The notes below the pieces were generated by a model. That model was given only the letters and a program-made list of their open reading frames with translations. It was not told where the DNA came from and did not search any database. DNA of 64,000 bases. Origin: Candidatus Poribacteria bacterium (GTDB taxonomy: Bacteria; Poribacteria; WGA-4E; WGA-3G). The stretch's first letter is position 1; each line of letters begins with the position of its first letter. Positions 28,510 to 38,930 of this stretch are shown piece after piece. Made by a program: the position numbers and the translations under genes. The DNA lies in NCBI GenBank assembly GCA_963663765.2, contig CAXXUA010000015.1:320001-384000 (forward strand), given 5' to 3'.

Positions 28510-31500
28510 ATGGCAAAAGTCACTATAGAAAATCCTGTTATCAACAGTCCTTTTGAGAAACCGCAACGACATTTTGTCTTTACACAGCGCGGGATTACTG
28601 AGGATATTGAAGAAGGAAGACGTCAAAGTGAATACTTTATCCCGATGCCGAAACCGAAAAAACAGTCACAGGACGCGCAAATGAAACTTCTTCCCGACCC
28701 AGAAGTACGGGAGGCGAACATGTTTATAAACAGAGTGCGTGCCCAAGTAACAGCATGGAGGAACAATGGTTATCCTGGTGTAACCCCAACAACAAGACGT
28801 TTGCTTGAATATTGGAACAAGCCTGAAAACGAACCACGTCTCTTTTTCTGTCAACGCGAAGCAGTGGAAACCGCTATCTATCTGAATGAATGTGAAAACA
28901 AAAATCGCAGTGATTCATTCCATAAACAACTTTTGACTGCGAACAATGAAGCAAACCCTGATCTATACCGAGTTGCATTCAAGATGGCAACGGGCTCCGG
29001 TAAAACGGTAGTAATGGGAATGCTTATCGTGTATCACACGTTGAACAAAAGAGTGAATTCCCGAAGCGAACGTTATGCTGATGCATTTCTTATCGTCACA
29101 CCTGGTGTAACAATTCGTGACCGTTTGCAGGTACTCCTTCCTGAAAACCCTGAAAACGACTACCAAAAAATGAATTTATTACCTCATGGGGACTATGATA
29201 CTCTCTGTCAAGCTAAAATAGCGATTACAAATTATCACGCTTTTCAAACTAGAAAAAAGGAAAAATTGAGCAAAGTAAGCGAACAAGTTCTCGGAAAAGA
29301 GAGTGCAAATAATTTCAGAGAAACTCCAGATGAGATGGTTGTGAGAGTCTGTCGTAGTCTTGGTAGAAAGAAAAACATAATTGTTATGAATGACGAAGCA
29401 CATCACTGTTTCCATCGAAAAAATGATACGGAATCTGAGTTAACGCAGGACAATCCGCGTTTATGGATAAGTGGACTTGATGCTGTGAAAGCAAAAATCG
29501 GTATTAAAACCGTTTACGATTTATCTGCAACACCATTCTTTCTGAGCGGTTCGGGGTATTCAACCACTACCCAGAGTGGAAAGAAACTCAAAGAAGGTGT
29601 TCTATTTCCGTGGGTCGTATCAGATTTTGCATTGATAGATGCAATAGAAAGTGGCATCGCAAAGGTGCCGCGCGTTCCTGTTGCAGACGATACAATGGCA
29701 AGTGATCCGATTTATCGCCGCCTGTGGGACATCGTTGGAACGAAACTTAAAGGAATAACAACCGATGGGGAACCGCAGCTGCCACAAGAATTGGAGACAG
29801 CACTCCAAAGCCTCTATACCAATTATGAAAAAGCGTATGACTTATGGCAGAAAAACCCACACGGATTGACACCGCCTGTCATGATAGTTGTTTGCAATAA
29901 CACAAGGGTATCCAAACTTGTTTACGATTGGATTGCCGGATGGGAAAAAGTAACTACTGATGGAGAAAAGGTAATAGAAAAAGGAAATTTGCCGATTTTC
30001 AACAATGAGGAGAACGGTGAGTGGAGTGAAAAGTTAAGCACATTGCTTATTGACAGCAAACAGTTGGAGTCTGGTGAGGCATTAAAAGGCGAGTTTAAAA
30101 AAGCCTCCAAAACACAAATTGAACAGTTCATGCACAAGATGAACGTAGAAAAAGTTACAGATGAGGATTTGTTACGTGAAGTGCTAAATACTGTTGGAAA
30201 AAAGGATAAACTTGGCGAAAAAATTAAATGTGTTGTGTCAGTATCCATGTTAAGTGAAGGATGGGATGCAAGGCGGGTAACGCATATCCTTGGCGTACGT
30301 GCATTTAGTACACAGTTGCTCTGTGAACAGGTTGTCGGGAGAGGTTTGCGCCGTTCTACTTATGATGTCGAAAAGACAACTATCCAAATTAACGAAAATG
30401 AGATAAACTTGGAAACTTTTCCGCCAGAATACGCTGAAGTTTATGGGGTACCGTTCTCATTTATCCCTGCCACTGGTAGTGGGAAGGCAATACAACCTAA
30501 TCCTGTGACAGAAGTTAAGGCGTTACCTGAAAGAAAGGCAAAGTGCGAAATCACATTTCCGAGACTTGTTGGCTATCATCCGTGCCTCCCATCTGAAAAG
30601 TTGGATGCCAATTTTACTGAAGATTCTCGCTATGAGCTTTCTACAGCAGAGATTCCGTCACGTATAGAAATTGAGGCAATTACTGGCTCGGTAATAGAGG
30701 TTGAATCACCTTATCTGAAGAAGTTCCGACTGCAAGAAACCGAGTTTTACCTTGCCAAAGTACTTATGGATAATTACTTATGTGACACTGAGAAAGATGC
30801 GAAATGGTGGCTTTTTCCAGAACTGCTTCGTATCACGCGGCGATGGATGAAAGACTGTGTTACCTATAAAGACAACACACATCCCCAGTTTTTTCATATT
30901 GGCGAAATCGCACGGAAGGCGGCATTTCGGATTCACATGGGAATTCTCAACGCAGAAAAACAATCTGAAAACGAAGATTTTAAAAATAATGGTTCAGAGA
31001 AAACATTCATCCCGATTTTTTCCCAATCCTCTCGTCTTAAAGGGCGTACGGGTTCAACGACAGATGTCCTATTTGAAACCTCACGCCCCACATGGGAAAC
31101 AAAACCTGACAAATGTCACATTTCGCATGTTGTAGCTGACACAGAATCTTGGGAGCAGAAGACCGCGCAAGCACTGGAGCAAATGGATGAGGTAGTTACT
31201 TATGCCAAAAATCACAATTTGGGTTTCACGATTCCATGCATCAATCACAACGGGGAAAGTCGTCAATATGTTCCTGACTTTATCACCCGCATTCTAAGCG
31301 GAGAGAGCGGTTCCACTGATGGTAATGTCAACCTGATTCTTGAGGTCTCTGGCATGCCGAGGGAGGATAAAGTTCAGAAGGTCAACACGATCAAAAATAT
31401 GTGGTTACCAGCAGTGAACGGTAGTAGCGAGTTTGGAAAATGGGATTTTCTTGAAATCACCGATCCGTGGAACATACAAAACACTATCCGCCAATATCTA

Positions 31501-31518
31501 AACCTAAATGCGGCGTAA
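28510..31518 (+). CDS. Type III-like restriction endonuclease subunit (Res; SF2 helicase plus PD-(D/E)XK nuclease)
   Basis: FFCQREAVET, MATGSGKT, DEAHHC, SEGWD, QVVGRGLRR, C-terminal YVPDF...ILEV. Confidence 0.9.
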   Translation: MAKVTIENPVINSPFEKPQRHFVFTQRGITEDIEEGRRQSEYFIPMPKPKKQSQDAQMKLLPDPEVREANMFINRVRAQVTAWRNNGYPGVTPTTRRLLEYWNKPENEPRLFFCQREAVETAIYLNECENKNRSDSFHKQLLTANNEANPDLYRVAFKMATGSGKTVVMGMLIVYHTLNKRVNSRSERYADAFLIVTPGVTIRDRLQVLLPENPENDYQKMNLLPHGDYDTLCQAKIAITNYHAFQTRKKEKLSKVSEQVLGKESANNFRETPDEMVVRVCRSLGRKKNIIVMNDEAHHCFHRKNDTESELTQDNPRLWISGLDAVKAKIGIKTVYDLSATPFFLSGSGYSTTTQSGKKLKEGVLFPWVVSDFALIDAIESGIAKVPRVPVADDTMASDPIYRRLWDIVGTKLKGITTDGEPQLPQELETALQSLYTNYEKAYDLWQKNPHGLTPPVMIVVCNNTRVSKLVYDWIAGWEKVTTDGEKVIEKGNLPIFNNEENGEWSEKLSTLLIDSKQLESGEALKGEFKKASKTQIEQFMHKMNVEKVTDEDLLREVLNTVGKKDKLGEKIKCVVSVSMLSEGWDARRVTHILGVRAFSTQLLCEQVVGRGLRRSTYDVEKTTIQINENEINLETFPPEYAEVYGVPFSFIPATGSGKAIQPNPVTEVKALPERKAKCEITFPRLVGYHPCLPSEKLDANFTEDSRYELSTAEIPSRIEIEAITGSVIEVESPYLKKFRLQETEFYLAKVLMDNYLCDTEKDAKWWLFPELLRITRRWMKDCVTYKDNTHPQFFHIGEIARKAAFRIHMGILNAEKQSENEDFKNNGSEKTFIPIFSQSSRLKGRTGSTTDVLFETSRPTWETKPDKCHISHVVADTESWEQKTAQALEQMDEVVTYAKNHNLGFTIPCINHNGESRQYVPDFITRILSGESGSTDGNVNLILEVSGMPREDKVQKVNTIKNMWLPAVNGSSEFGKWDFLEITDPWNIQNTIRQYLNLNAA

Positions 31519-32356
31519 ATACCGACTCCTTATCTTACTTTCCCCTGTTATTCTCTGGTTATTTTGTTTCTTTTTCCTTCCCCTTATCTCAGTCTTCATC
31601 TATAGTTTTTTGGAACGTGGCACGTATGGTGGAGTACGATGGATATTCACATTGGAAAATTATCAAAGTATTTTGGATGGTGTCTATATTGGCATTTTCT
31701 GGCGATCAATATCAACAGCATTGGTTTGCACAGTCATCTGCTTATTACTTGGATATCCGTTTGCATATTATCTTGCATATTACCGTCCAAAGTTTCGGAA
31801 CATCCTGTTGCTTCTTGTTGTTGTGCCGTTTTGGATAAACTTTCTAATTCGTACTTATGCGTGGATATTAATTCTACGGACAGAAGGACTTTTGAATAGT
31901 TTCCTATCCTTACTTATTCCAAGTGTTCAACCTTTAGAAATTCTAAATACACCTTTCGCTGTGCAGATTGGTTTGGTATATGGATATTTGCCTTTCATGA
32001 TACTTCCACTCTATGCTGCGCTGGAACAATTGGATTTTTCATTAGTTGATGCTGCTAAGGATTTAGGTGCAACTTCCCGTAGAGCGTTTTGGCATGTAAC
32101 ATTTCCGTTGAGTATACCCGGAGTACTTGCAGGTTCAATGTTGGTTTTTATCCCGACAGTAGGTGCATTTCTAACACCTGATATTCTCGGTGGAGGAAAA
32201 GTAATTTTTGTTGGAAATGTCATTGAACTTCAATTCAAAAGTTTCCGAAATTTTCCATTTGGTGCTGCACTATCTTTTGTACTTATGGGGATCGTGTTTA
32301 TGGGAACTGTGGTTTATTTTAAGACTTTGCAGAGAACTGAGTCTATTGAAACATAG
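31508..32356 (+). CDS. potB: Spermidine/putrescine ABC transporter permease PotB-like
   Basis: PFWINFLIRTYAW, YLPFMILPLY, EAA-like loop DAAKDLGA. Confidence 0.85.
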   Translation: MRRKYRLLILLSPVILWLFCFFFLPLISVFIYSFLERGTYGGVRWIFTLENYQSILDGVYIGIFWRSISTALVCTVICLLLGYPFAYYLAYYRPKFRNILLLLVVVPFWINFLIRTYAWILILRTEGLLNSFLSLLIPSVQPLEILNTPFAVQIGLVYGYLPFMILPLYAALEQLDFSLVDAAKDLGATSRRAFWHVTFPLSIPGVLAGSMLVFIPTVGAFLTPDILGGGKVIFVGNVIELQFKSFRNFPFGAALSFVLMGIVFMGTVVYFKTLQRTESIET

Positions 32357-32376
32357 AGTAAGGACATATTACTGTT

Positions 32377-33168
32377 ATGTCTACAATATCATCAAAAAGA
32401 TTATTTGAAACTAATGTTGTCATAGTATTTCTATTTCTTTATATTCCTATCATCGTTGTAGTTGTATTCTCATTCAATAGTGGTGATCAGATTTCGGTAT
32501 GGGAAGGTTTTTCATTTGACTGGTATGCAAAATTGTTTAATAATCCTGATGTTTGGAGAGCATGCAAAAACAGTTTGATTATTGCATGTGCTGCGACAAT
32601 CATATCCACAATCATAGGTACAGCGGCTGCAGTAGCATTGAATACATATCGTTTTAGATTACGAAACACAATAATTCACACGTTATATCTACCCATGATA
32701 ATTCCAGATATAGTTTTGGCAATTGCGTTATTAACTTTCTATTCGCAACTCAAACTACCTATTGGATTAACTTCTGTAATTGTCGCCCATATAGTATTTA
32801 ATGTAAGTTATGTAACCATAGTTGTAAGTGCGCGTTTACAGGGATATGACAGTACGGTAGAGGAAGCAGCGCTTGATCTTGGTGCAAACGAATGGCAGAC
32901 ATTTTGGAGAATTACATTTCCAATGATAGCACCTGGAATTATTGGCGGAGCATTACTTGCGTTTACTTTATCAATAGACGACTTTGTCATAACTTTCTTC
33001 ACTGCGGGTGTTGGTAAGACGACACTGTCTGTGCATATTTATAATAGTCTAAAATTTGGTATTACACCAGAACTTAACGCAATTTCAACGATGATGTTAG
33101 TAAACTCAATTGTATTGATTCTTCTATTTGTATGGTTACGCGGTAAGAACACACGTCGTACAATCTGA
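32377..33168 (+). CDS. potC: Spermidine/putrescine ABC transporter permease PotC-like
   Basis: FLYIPI...FSFN, EEAALDLGA, FTLSIDDFVITFF, GITPELNAIST. Confidence 0.87.
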   Translation: MSTISSKRLFETNVVIVFLFLYIPIIVVVVFSFNSGDQISVWEGFSFDWYAKLFNNPDVWRACKNSLIIACAATIISTIIGTAAAVALNTYRFRLRNTIIHTLYLPMIIPDIVLAIALLTFYSQLKLPIGLTSVIVAHIVFNVSYVTIVVSARLQGYDSTVEEAALDLGANEWQTFWRITFPMIAPGIIGGALLAFTLSIDDFVITFFTAGVGKTTLSVHIYNSLKFGITPELNAISTMMLVNSIVLILLFVWLRGKNTRRTI

Positions 33169-33312
33169 CTATATGATTCAACTAATCTGTCAAACATTTT
33201 AACCCTCTATGACAAAATTTAGATGAAATTATTGACTAAATGTGATAATATATTCTGAGAACACACGTGAATTCAAAATTTGGATGATAATTAGATATTT
33301 GGAGGAAGATAA

Positions 33313-33519
33313 ATGTTTGGTCATTGGGAGATACTAGCTTTAGTCTTAGTTGCCTTACTTCTTTTTGGAGGTAAACGCATACCTGAATTGGCACGTGGAC
33401 TTGGTAAAAGTGTTACGAACTTCAAAGCTGGACTAAAAGAGGATCAGGTTGACGAAAATGAAACAGAACAGGATGGAAAACCACCACAGAAGGAAAATAC
33501 AAGCAATATTCTGGAATAG
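33313..33519 (+). CDS. tatA: Twin-arginine translocase TatA/E
   Basis: LLLFGGKRIPELARGLGKSVTNFK; GGAGG RBS. Confidence 0.93.
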   Translation: MFGHWEILALVLVALLLFGGKRIPELARGLGKSVTNFKAGLKEDQVDENETEQDGKPPQKENTSNILE

Positions 33520-33521
33520 AG

Positions 33522-33845
33522 ATGAAAGACAAATTACCTGATTTTCTGCAAGAAGTAATTGAGGAGTATCCTGAAGTTTGGCAGGCATATCAAGGGTTAG
33601 GTGAGGCATGTGGAACTGCAGGACCTCTTGATGCGAAGACTGTTCGGTTGACCAAACTTGCCTTGGCTATCGGTGCAAAGTCTGAAGGTGCAGTGCATTC
33701 ACATACTCGGCGTGCATTACGGGAAGGTATCACGCGTGAAGAGTTACAACAAGTTGCATTACTTGCAATAACATCCATCGGTTGGTCATCAAGTATGGCT
33801 GCACTTTCTTGGATACAAGATGTTGTGGACAAACAGTCAGTATGA
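33522..33845 (+). CDS. Carboxymuconolactone decarboxylase (AhpD-like) family protein
   Basis: GPLDAKTVRLTKLALAIG, AVHSHTRRAL. Confidence 0.85.
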   Translation: MKDKLPDFLQEVIEEYPEVWQAYQGLGEACGTAGPLDAKTVRLTKLALAIGAKSEGAVHSHTRRALREGITREELQQVALLAITSIGWSSSMAALSWIQDVVDKQSV

Positions 33846-33855
33846 GAAAATCAAC

Positions 33856-35106
33856 ATGGAAAATAGACAAAAACGTCATAGTTTTATACACAATAGACTT
33901 ACGTTTGGAGTTTTTGTTCTTATAATTATCTTTTTGTACAATCCATCTGTTAGTAAGTGTGAGACGCATAAAAGAGAAGTACAAAAAGGCATTGAATACA
34001 TAAAGTTGGGACTTTATGAAAAAGCAATTGATACCTTTAAATCGGTTTTATCACAAAATCCTAATGATGTGAATGTACTTTATCAGCTTGCTAATGTGTA
34101 TAAATTACAAGATGATATGGAATTAGCGATAGATACATCAATAAGATTATTAACAATAAATAAGACAAAAAAGAATCCTGCAAATAGTCAGTTGTACGGG
34201 TTTACACATCTATTACTCTCAGAAATTTATTGTAAACAAAGTAAATTAGAAATTGCAGAACAGCATGCAATTGCTGCAGTTCAAAGTTGCCCGAAGGTAG
34301 CTGACACACATTACCGTCTTGGCTATATTTACACACATCAAGCGAAGTTTAACATTGCACTGAAGGCATTTCAGAAGACGTTGGAAATAAAACCTGATTT
34401 TCCTGAAGTCTATGAGTGGCGTGGTTTGATAGCGATAATGCAAAATAAGCCAGAGGAAGCAATATCATACTATAAAACATCAATCCAAAAAAAGCCTTAT
34501 GTCCAAAGTGCGTACTATAATCTTGCCAAAGCTTACCGACTTCTCGGTGACATGAAATCTGCATCTGAACAATTGAAACTGTTTCAACAGATGAAGTCTT
34601 ACTATGATAAGACTTATGCTATTGAAGGTCTATTAAAAGAAAACCCATTAGATGCTACACTTCGATTAAAATTAGCAGAACTACATTTAACACATAAACA
34701 TATCATTGCTGCAATTGATACTTACAAAGCACTGATTGTGTTGAATCCTGAATTCGTTCAAGGGTATGATAAGTTGGGTAGGTTGTATATGGACATCAAC
34801 AGACCGCAACTTGCAATTCCACTATTAAATAAGGTGCTTGAGTTGAATCCAAACGCGGTTGAAGCACATGTTCGATTAGGATGGATCCATTCATTGCAAG
34901 AGATGTATGACAAAGCGGAATCACATTTGCAAAAAGCAATAAAGAAGATGCCGAAACTGACTCTGGCATACCACGGGTTAGCTGAAATTTATATAAAACA
35001 GGGTTTTATTAATAAAGCAAAAAAAGTCTATCAAGATATTACGAAGATTGATCCTAACGACAAAGAGGCATGGGCAGCATTACGTAAATTAGAACGTAAG
35101 AAGTAA
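33856..35106 (+). CDS. TPR-repeat protein, exported
   Basis: N-terminal hydrophobic segment; many TPR units (HYRLGYIY, YYNLAKAY, AHVRLGWI). Confidence 0.88.
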   Translation: MENRQKRHSFIHNRLTFGVFVLIIIFLYNPSVSKCETHKREVQKGIEYIKLGLYEKAIDTFKSVLSQNPNDVNVLYQLANVYKLQDDMELAIDTSIRLLTINKTKKNPANSQLYGFTHLLLSEIYCKQSKLEIAEQHAIAAVQSCPKVADTHYRLGYIYTHQAKFNIALKAFQKTLEIKPDFPEVYEWRGLIAIMQNKPEEAISYYKTSIQKKPYVQSAYYNLAKAYRLLGDMKSASEQLKLFQQMKSYYDKTYAIEGLLKENPLDATLRLKLAELHLTHKHIIAAIDTYKALIVLNPEFVQGYDKLGRLYMDINRPQLAIPLLNKVLELNPNAVEAHVRLGWIHSLQEMYDKAESHLQKAIKKMPKLTLAYHGLAEIYIKQGFINKAKKVYQDITKIDPNDKEAWAALRKLERKK

Positions 35107-35145
35107 GCCTTTTATATAGAAAATAGGTTTTAAAATAATCAATCT

Positions 35146-36858
35146 ATGTCAAAGTTATACTATATCCATAAGATTATTCTCTTCAATTTTTTCACCCCAA
35201 AGGTATTAATTTTTTCTATTTTATTCCAATATTCGGTAATAAGTTTTGCTGAATCCATTTTTCTTGATGTAACCGAGTCTGCTGGTATACATTTTGAGCA
35301 TTCAGATGGCAGGAGTGGTTTAAGATTATTCAATGAATTTCTCGGTTCTGGTTGTGGTTTTTTTGACTATGACAATGATGGACACCTTGATATCTATTTC
35401 GTCAATGGAGCAAATCAGATAGGACATTCACAAGACGAGAAGTTACGGAATGTGCTTTATAGAAACAACGGTGATGGCACATTCTCTGATACTACCAAAA
35501 TTGCAGGTGTGGGTAGTACTTCTTATGGAGTTGGTGCTACCGTTGGAGATTATGATAATGATGGAGACCTTGATCTATATGTCACAAATTTTGGTGTAGA
35601 TCAACTCTATCGTAATAATGGTGATGGTAGTTTTACAGAAATTACAAAGCAAGCACGAGTAATAAATGAAAAATGGGGAACAAGTTGTGCATTTGCGGAT
35701 GTTGATAATGATGGGGATATAGACCTATATATAACGAATTACGCTGATTATAATCCGAAGGAAGAAATACGATGTGAGGAAAAAGGAGTTCATATTTATT
35801 GTGGACCGCATGCATACCCTGCAGTTCATGATACTTTCTATAAGAACAACGGTGATGGCACATTTACTGATATGTCAACTCTGTTTCAGCCTAAAAGTCT
35901 TGAACCGATGCATGGTTTAGGCGTGACGTTCGGTGATTATGATGTAGATGGGGATATAGACTTATATGTAGCAAACGATCAAGACCCGAATTTTCTATTT
36001 CGGAACATAGAAAAAAATCAGATATTAGAGGTTGCATTAATTTCTGGTGTTTGTTACAATGATATGGGTAAAGAAGAAGCTGGAATGGGAACTGATTTCG
36101 GCGACTATAACAACGATGGTAAACTTGACCTTACCGTCAGCAACTATCAGACAGAGACTAATACACTGTATCATAATTACGATGGTAGTTTCTTTATTGA
36201 CAATACCATACCTTCAGGAATTGCTGAAGTGACCCATGGGTACCTTGGTTGGGGAATTAAGTTTATTGATTATGATAACGATGGGTATCAAGACATCTTT
36301 GTAGCGAATGGACATTTGATGGATAATATTACAATGCTTGAAAAGCATGTTTCTTATCCTCAAAAGAATCTGTTGTTTAGAAATTTAGGAGATGGTAAGT
36401 TTACTAATGTAAGAACACAGAATGATGGTTTGACGTTGAAAAAGGTTAGTCGTGGTGTTGCTGTTGGTGATTACGATAATGATGGCGATCTTGATATATT
36501 AGTGTCTAATATCAATCAACGTCCTGATCTACTGCAAAATGTAGTTGGCAACCAAAACAATTGGATTCAGATTAAGGTAGTTGGTAGGATAAGCAACCGT
36601 TCAGGAATTGGTACAAGAATCAAGGTAGTGACTGGAAATCATGTTCAGAATCGTGAAGTGCAGAGTAGCGGGAGTTATCTATCATTTCATGATTTGCGTG
36701 CTCATATTGGTGTTGGAACAGCGAAACAGATTGATTTTATTGAAATTTGCTGGACATCTGGACAAACTGACAGCGGTACAAATCTATCTGTTAATCATAG
36801 GTATTTAGCCGTTGAAGGAGAAAAAATTGTCCCTTTAGAAAAAACAATTAGTAATTAA
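35146..36858 (+). CDS. CRTAC1-like FG-GAP / ASPIC-UnbV domain protein
   Basis: Repeated DYDNDGDLD motifs, YRNNGDGTF, C-terminal SNRSGIGTRI...GSYLS. Confidence 0.92.
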   Translation: MSKLYYIHKIILFNFFTPKVLIFSILFQYSVISFAESIFLDVTESAGIHFEHSDGRSGLRLFNEFLGSGCGFFDYDNDGHLDIYFVNGANQIGHSQDEKLRNVLYRNNGDGTFSDTTKIAGVGSTSYGVGATVGDYDNDGDLDLYVTNFGVDQLYRNNGDGSFTEITKQARVINEKWGTSCAFADVDNDGDIDLYITNYADYNPKEEIRCEEKGVHIYCGPHAYPAVHDTFYKNNGDGTFTDMSTLFQPKSLEPMHGLGVTFGDYDVDGDIDLYVANDQDPNFLFRNIEKNQILEVALISGVCYNDMGKEEAGMGTDFGDYNNDGKLDLTVSNYQTETNTLYHNYDGSFFIDNTIPSGIAEVTHGYLGWGIKFIDYDNDGYQDIFVANGHLMDNITMLEKHVSYPQKNLLFRNLGDGKFTNVRTQNDGLTLKKVSRGVAVGDYDNDGDLDILVSNINQRPDLLQNVVGNQNNWIQIKVVGRISNRSGIGTRIKVVTGNHVQNREVQSSGSYLSFHDLRAHIGVGTAKQIDFIEICWTSGQTDSGTNLSVNHRYLAVEGEKIVPLEKTISN

Positions 36859-36866
36859 GTTCATAT

Positions 36867-37649
36867 TTGAGGTGCATTTTGAAACATTCTTTTATATTGT
36901 TAACACTTATGTTTGTTAGCATATCAATATCTTTTGCAGTTGAAGATTCCCTATTCTTGTATATGTCTTTTGATACAATAGATGGAGATGAAGTTATAGA
37001 CCATTCAATATATGGAAATCATGGTCAAATTATGGGTGATACAAAGCACGTTACAGGAAGATTTGATAAAGCCCTGGAATTTGATGGTGATATGGATTTT
37101 GTAGAAATCGCACATCATGAATCCTTAACCGTGGATGAGGCTTTGACTGCTATGGCTTGGATCAAACCTGAGAGACATTCAGGACCTGGTAACGCACAAT
37201 GGCAAGGAATCTTTGCAAAAGGTAGTAACCCACGTTCTTACAGTCTCTGGACTCATAGAGATAGCAAATGTCTACATTTAAGTATAGGCCCGTCCAGCAC
37301 AGGCGGGAGTAATTGTAATACTGAGCTTAAGTTAAATGTGTGGCAACATGTCGCTGTGCATTTTGTTGATGGTACTCACCGTTATTGGATCAATGGAGAA
37401 AAAATTGGAGAATTCAGTGACAAACCGAATCCTCCTGGATTAGAAGATACAAACCCTGTGGTTATTGGAACAGCAGGGGGTAACAATATACGATGGTTTC
37501 TCGGCATGATTGATGAAGTGCGTATCTGGAACCGAGCTCTATCAGAAAATGAAATTAAGGATCAGATGAACAAAGGCCATTTTGATATCTTTCCAGTAGA
37601 CCCGAGACAAAAACTTACAACGACATGGGGATACCTCAAAGAAGAATAA
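36867..37649 (+). CDS. Secreted LamG-like jellyroll protein, paralog 1
   Basis: Signal peptide, TAMAWIKP, WQHVA, IDEVRIWNRAL, tail VDPRQKLTTTWGYLK. Confidence 0.9.
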   Translation: MRCILKHSFILLTLMFVSISISFAVEDSLFLYMSFDTIDGDEVIDHSIYGNHGQIMGDTKHVTGRFDKALEFDGDMDFVEIAHHESLTVDEALTAMAWIKPERHSGPGNAQWQGIFAKGSNPRSYSLWTHRDSKCLHLSIGPSSTGGSNCNTELKLNVWQHVAVHFVDGTHRYWINGEKIGEFSDKPNPPGLEDTNPVVIGTAGGNNIRWFLGMIDEVRIWNRALSENEIKDQMNKGHFDIFPVDPRQKLTTTWGYLKEE

Positions 37650-37707
37650 TTCATCTTACATTCATTAATTGTTATGTTGCATCATATAATACAAATAAAG
37701 GAGTAAA

Positions 37708-38490
37708 ATGAAAACTATAAGTATAATGTTAGTTTTTATTTCATTAATTGTAACAGTCTCATTTGCGCAGGATGAACTTGATGATTCTCTTATCCTTTCC
37801 ATGTCTTTTGATACAATTGAAGGTGAGAAAGTAACTGACCATTCAATATATGGAAACCATGGCGATGTAAAGGGGGATCCTGAACTTGTTGAGGGGAAAT
37901 TTGGGAAAGCATTGCAGCTAAACGGTCAAAGTGATTGGGTTGAAATCCCACATCATGAAAGCCTCACGGTTGATAAAAACGTTACCGTCATGGTTTGGAT
38001 TAATGCTGAAAGACATACCGGACCGAATGAAGCGCAATGGCAAGGAATTTTAGCGAAAGGCAACGACCCACGATCCTATAGTTTCTATACAGATTCAAAT
38101 TGCAAATGTCTACATTTCAGTGTCGGTCCACCGAATGGAGGAGGCTCACTCAGCCAAGGTGAAGTTGCGTTAAATGCATGGCAACATGTTGTCGCTCAGA
38201 TAGATAATGGAACACACCGTTATTGGATTAATGGTGAGAATGTTGGTGAATCTGCAAACAGACCGGATCCTCCAGGTTTAACAGACACATCCAATGTTTT
38301 TATTGGAAGAAATAGTGGAGGAGTTGCCCAAGTGTTCCTCGGTTTGATGGATGAAGTTCGTATCTGGAACCGTGCTCTCACTGAAGAAGAAATTAACGAT
38401 CAGATGAATAAAGGTCACTTTGAGATCTTTCCAGTAGATCCACGGCAAAAACTAACAACAACATGGGGATATCTCAAAGTAAAACAGTAA
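37708..38490 (+). CDS. Secreted LamG-like jellyroll protein, paralog 2
   Basis: Tandem paralog of the same length with the same motifs and tail; AAGGAG RBS. Confidence 0.9.
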   Translation: MKTISIMLVFISLIVTVSFAQDELDDSLILSMSFDTIEGEKVTDHSIYGNHGDVKGDPELVEGKFGKALQLNGQSDWVEIPHHESLTVDKNVTVMVWINAERHTGPNEAQWQGILAKGNDPRSYSFYTDSNCKCLHFSVGPPNGGGSLSQGEVALNAWQHVVAQIDNGTHRYWINGENVGESANRPDPPGLTDTSNVFIGRNSGGVAQVFLGLMDEVRIWNRALTEEEINDQMNKGHFEIFPVDPRQKLTTTWGYLKVKQ

Positions 38491-38549
38491 ATGTCATGCA
38501 GACTATTAAGGTTCGCCTTAACAAGTGTTCAATTGTGTTTAAAAAAACA

Positions 38550-38636
38550 CTGTTGAAATGGTAGTTGGGTTTCAAACTGGTACTGCAGTCGACCCAAGAG
38601 ATTAATTTGGCAACGACATGGAGTGCTATTAAGTAG
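38550..38636 (+). pseudogene. Orphan remnant encoding only a C-terminal TTW tail
   Basis: Reads TVEMVVGFQTGTAVDPRD, then after a +1 shift LATTWSAIK-stop. Confidence 0.6.
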
Positions 38637-38674
38637 AAGAAATAACTGATTTCTATCTTACACCATTTGGTTCT

Positions 38675-38704
38675 TAAAGGTGAACTCATTTGGGTTCACC
38701 TTTA
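38675..38704 (+). terminator. Intrinsic terminator-like hairpin after the LamG cluster
   Basis: TAAAGGTGAACTCA-TT-TGGGTTCACCTTTA. Confidence 0.6.
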
Positions 38705-38733
38705 CACTTTCAACAAAAACAAACATTCTGGTA

Positions 38734-38905
38734 CAGGACTTACGCACCCAACGGTAGGCGGGGAATGCCTAAACGGCATTCATCCCCGGGGAATACCATA
38801 AGGTATTCATATCGTTGATTTGGCGCTGGAAACCGAAAAAATGCTGAAAATTACACCATTTTCGTCATAATACTTCATCAAATCATGAAATCTGCGTAAG
38901 TCCTG
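38734..38905. mobile_element. 172-bp MITE with CAGGACTTACGCA inverted repeats
   Basis: Perfect 13-bp IRs CAGGACTTACGCA / TGCGTAAGTCCTG; homologous to 53944-54155 and 9520-9627. Confidence 0.82.
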
Positions 38906-38930
38906 TGTTAAAACAAAGGGGAAACAAAAA

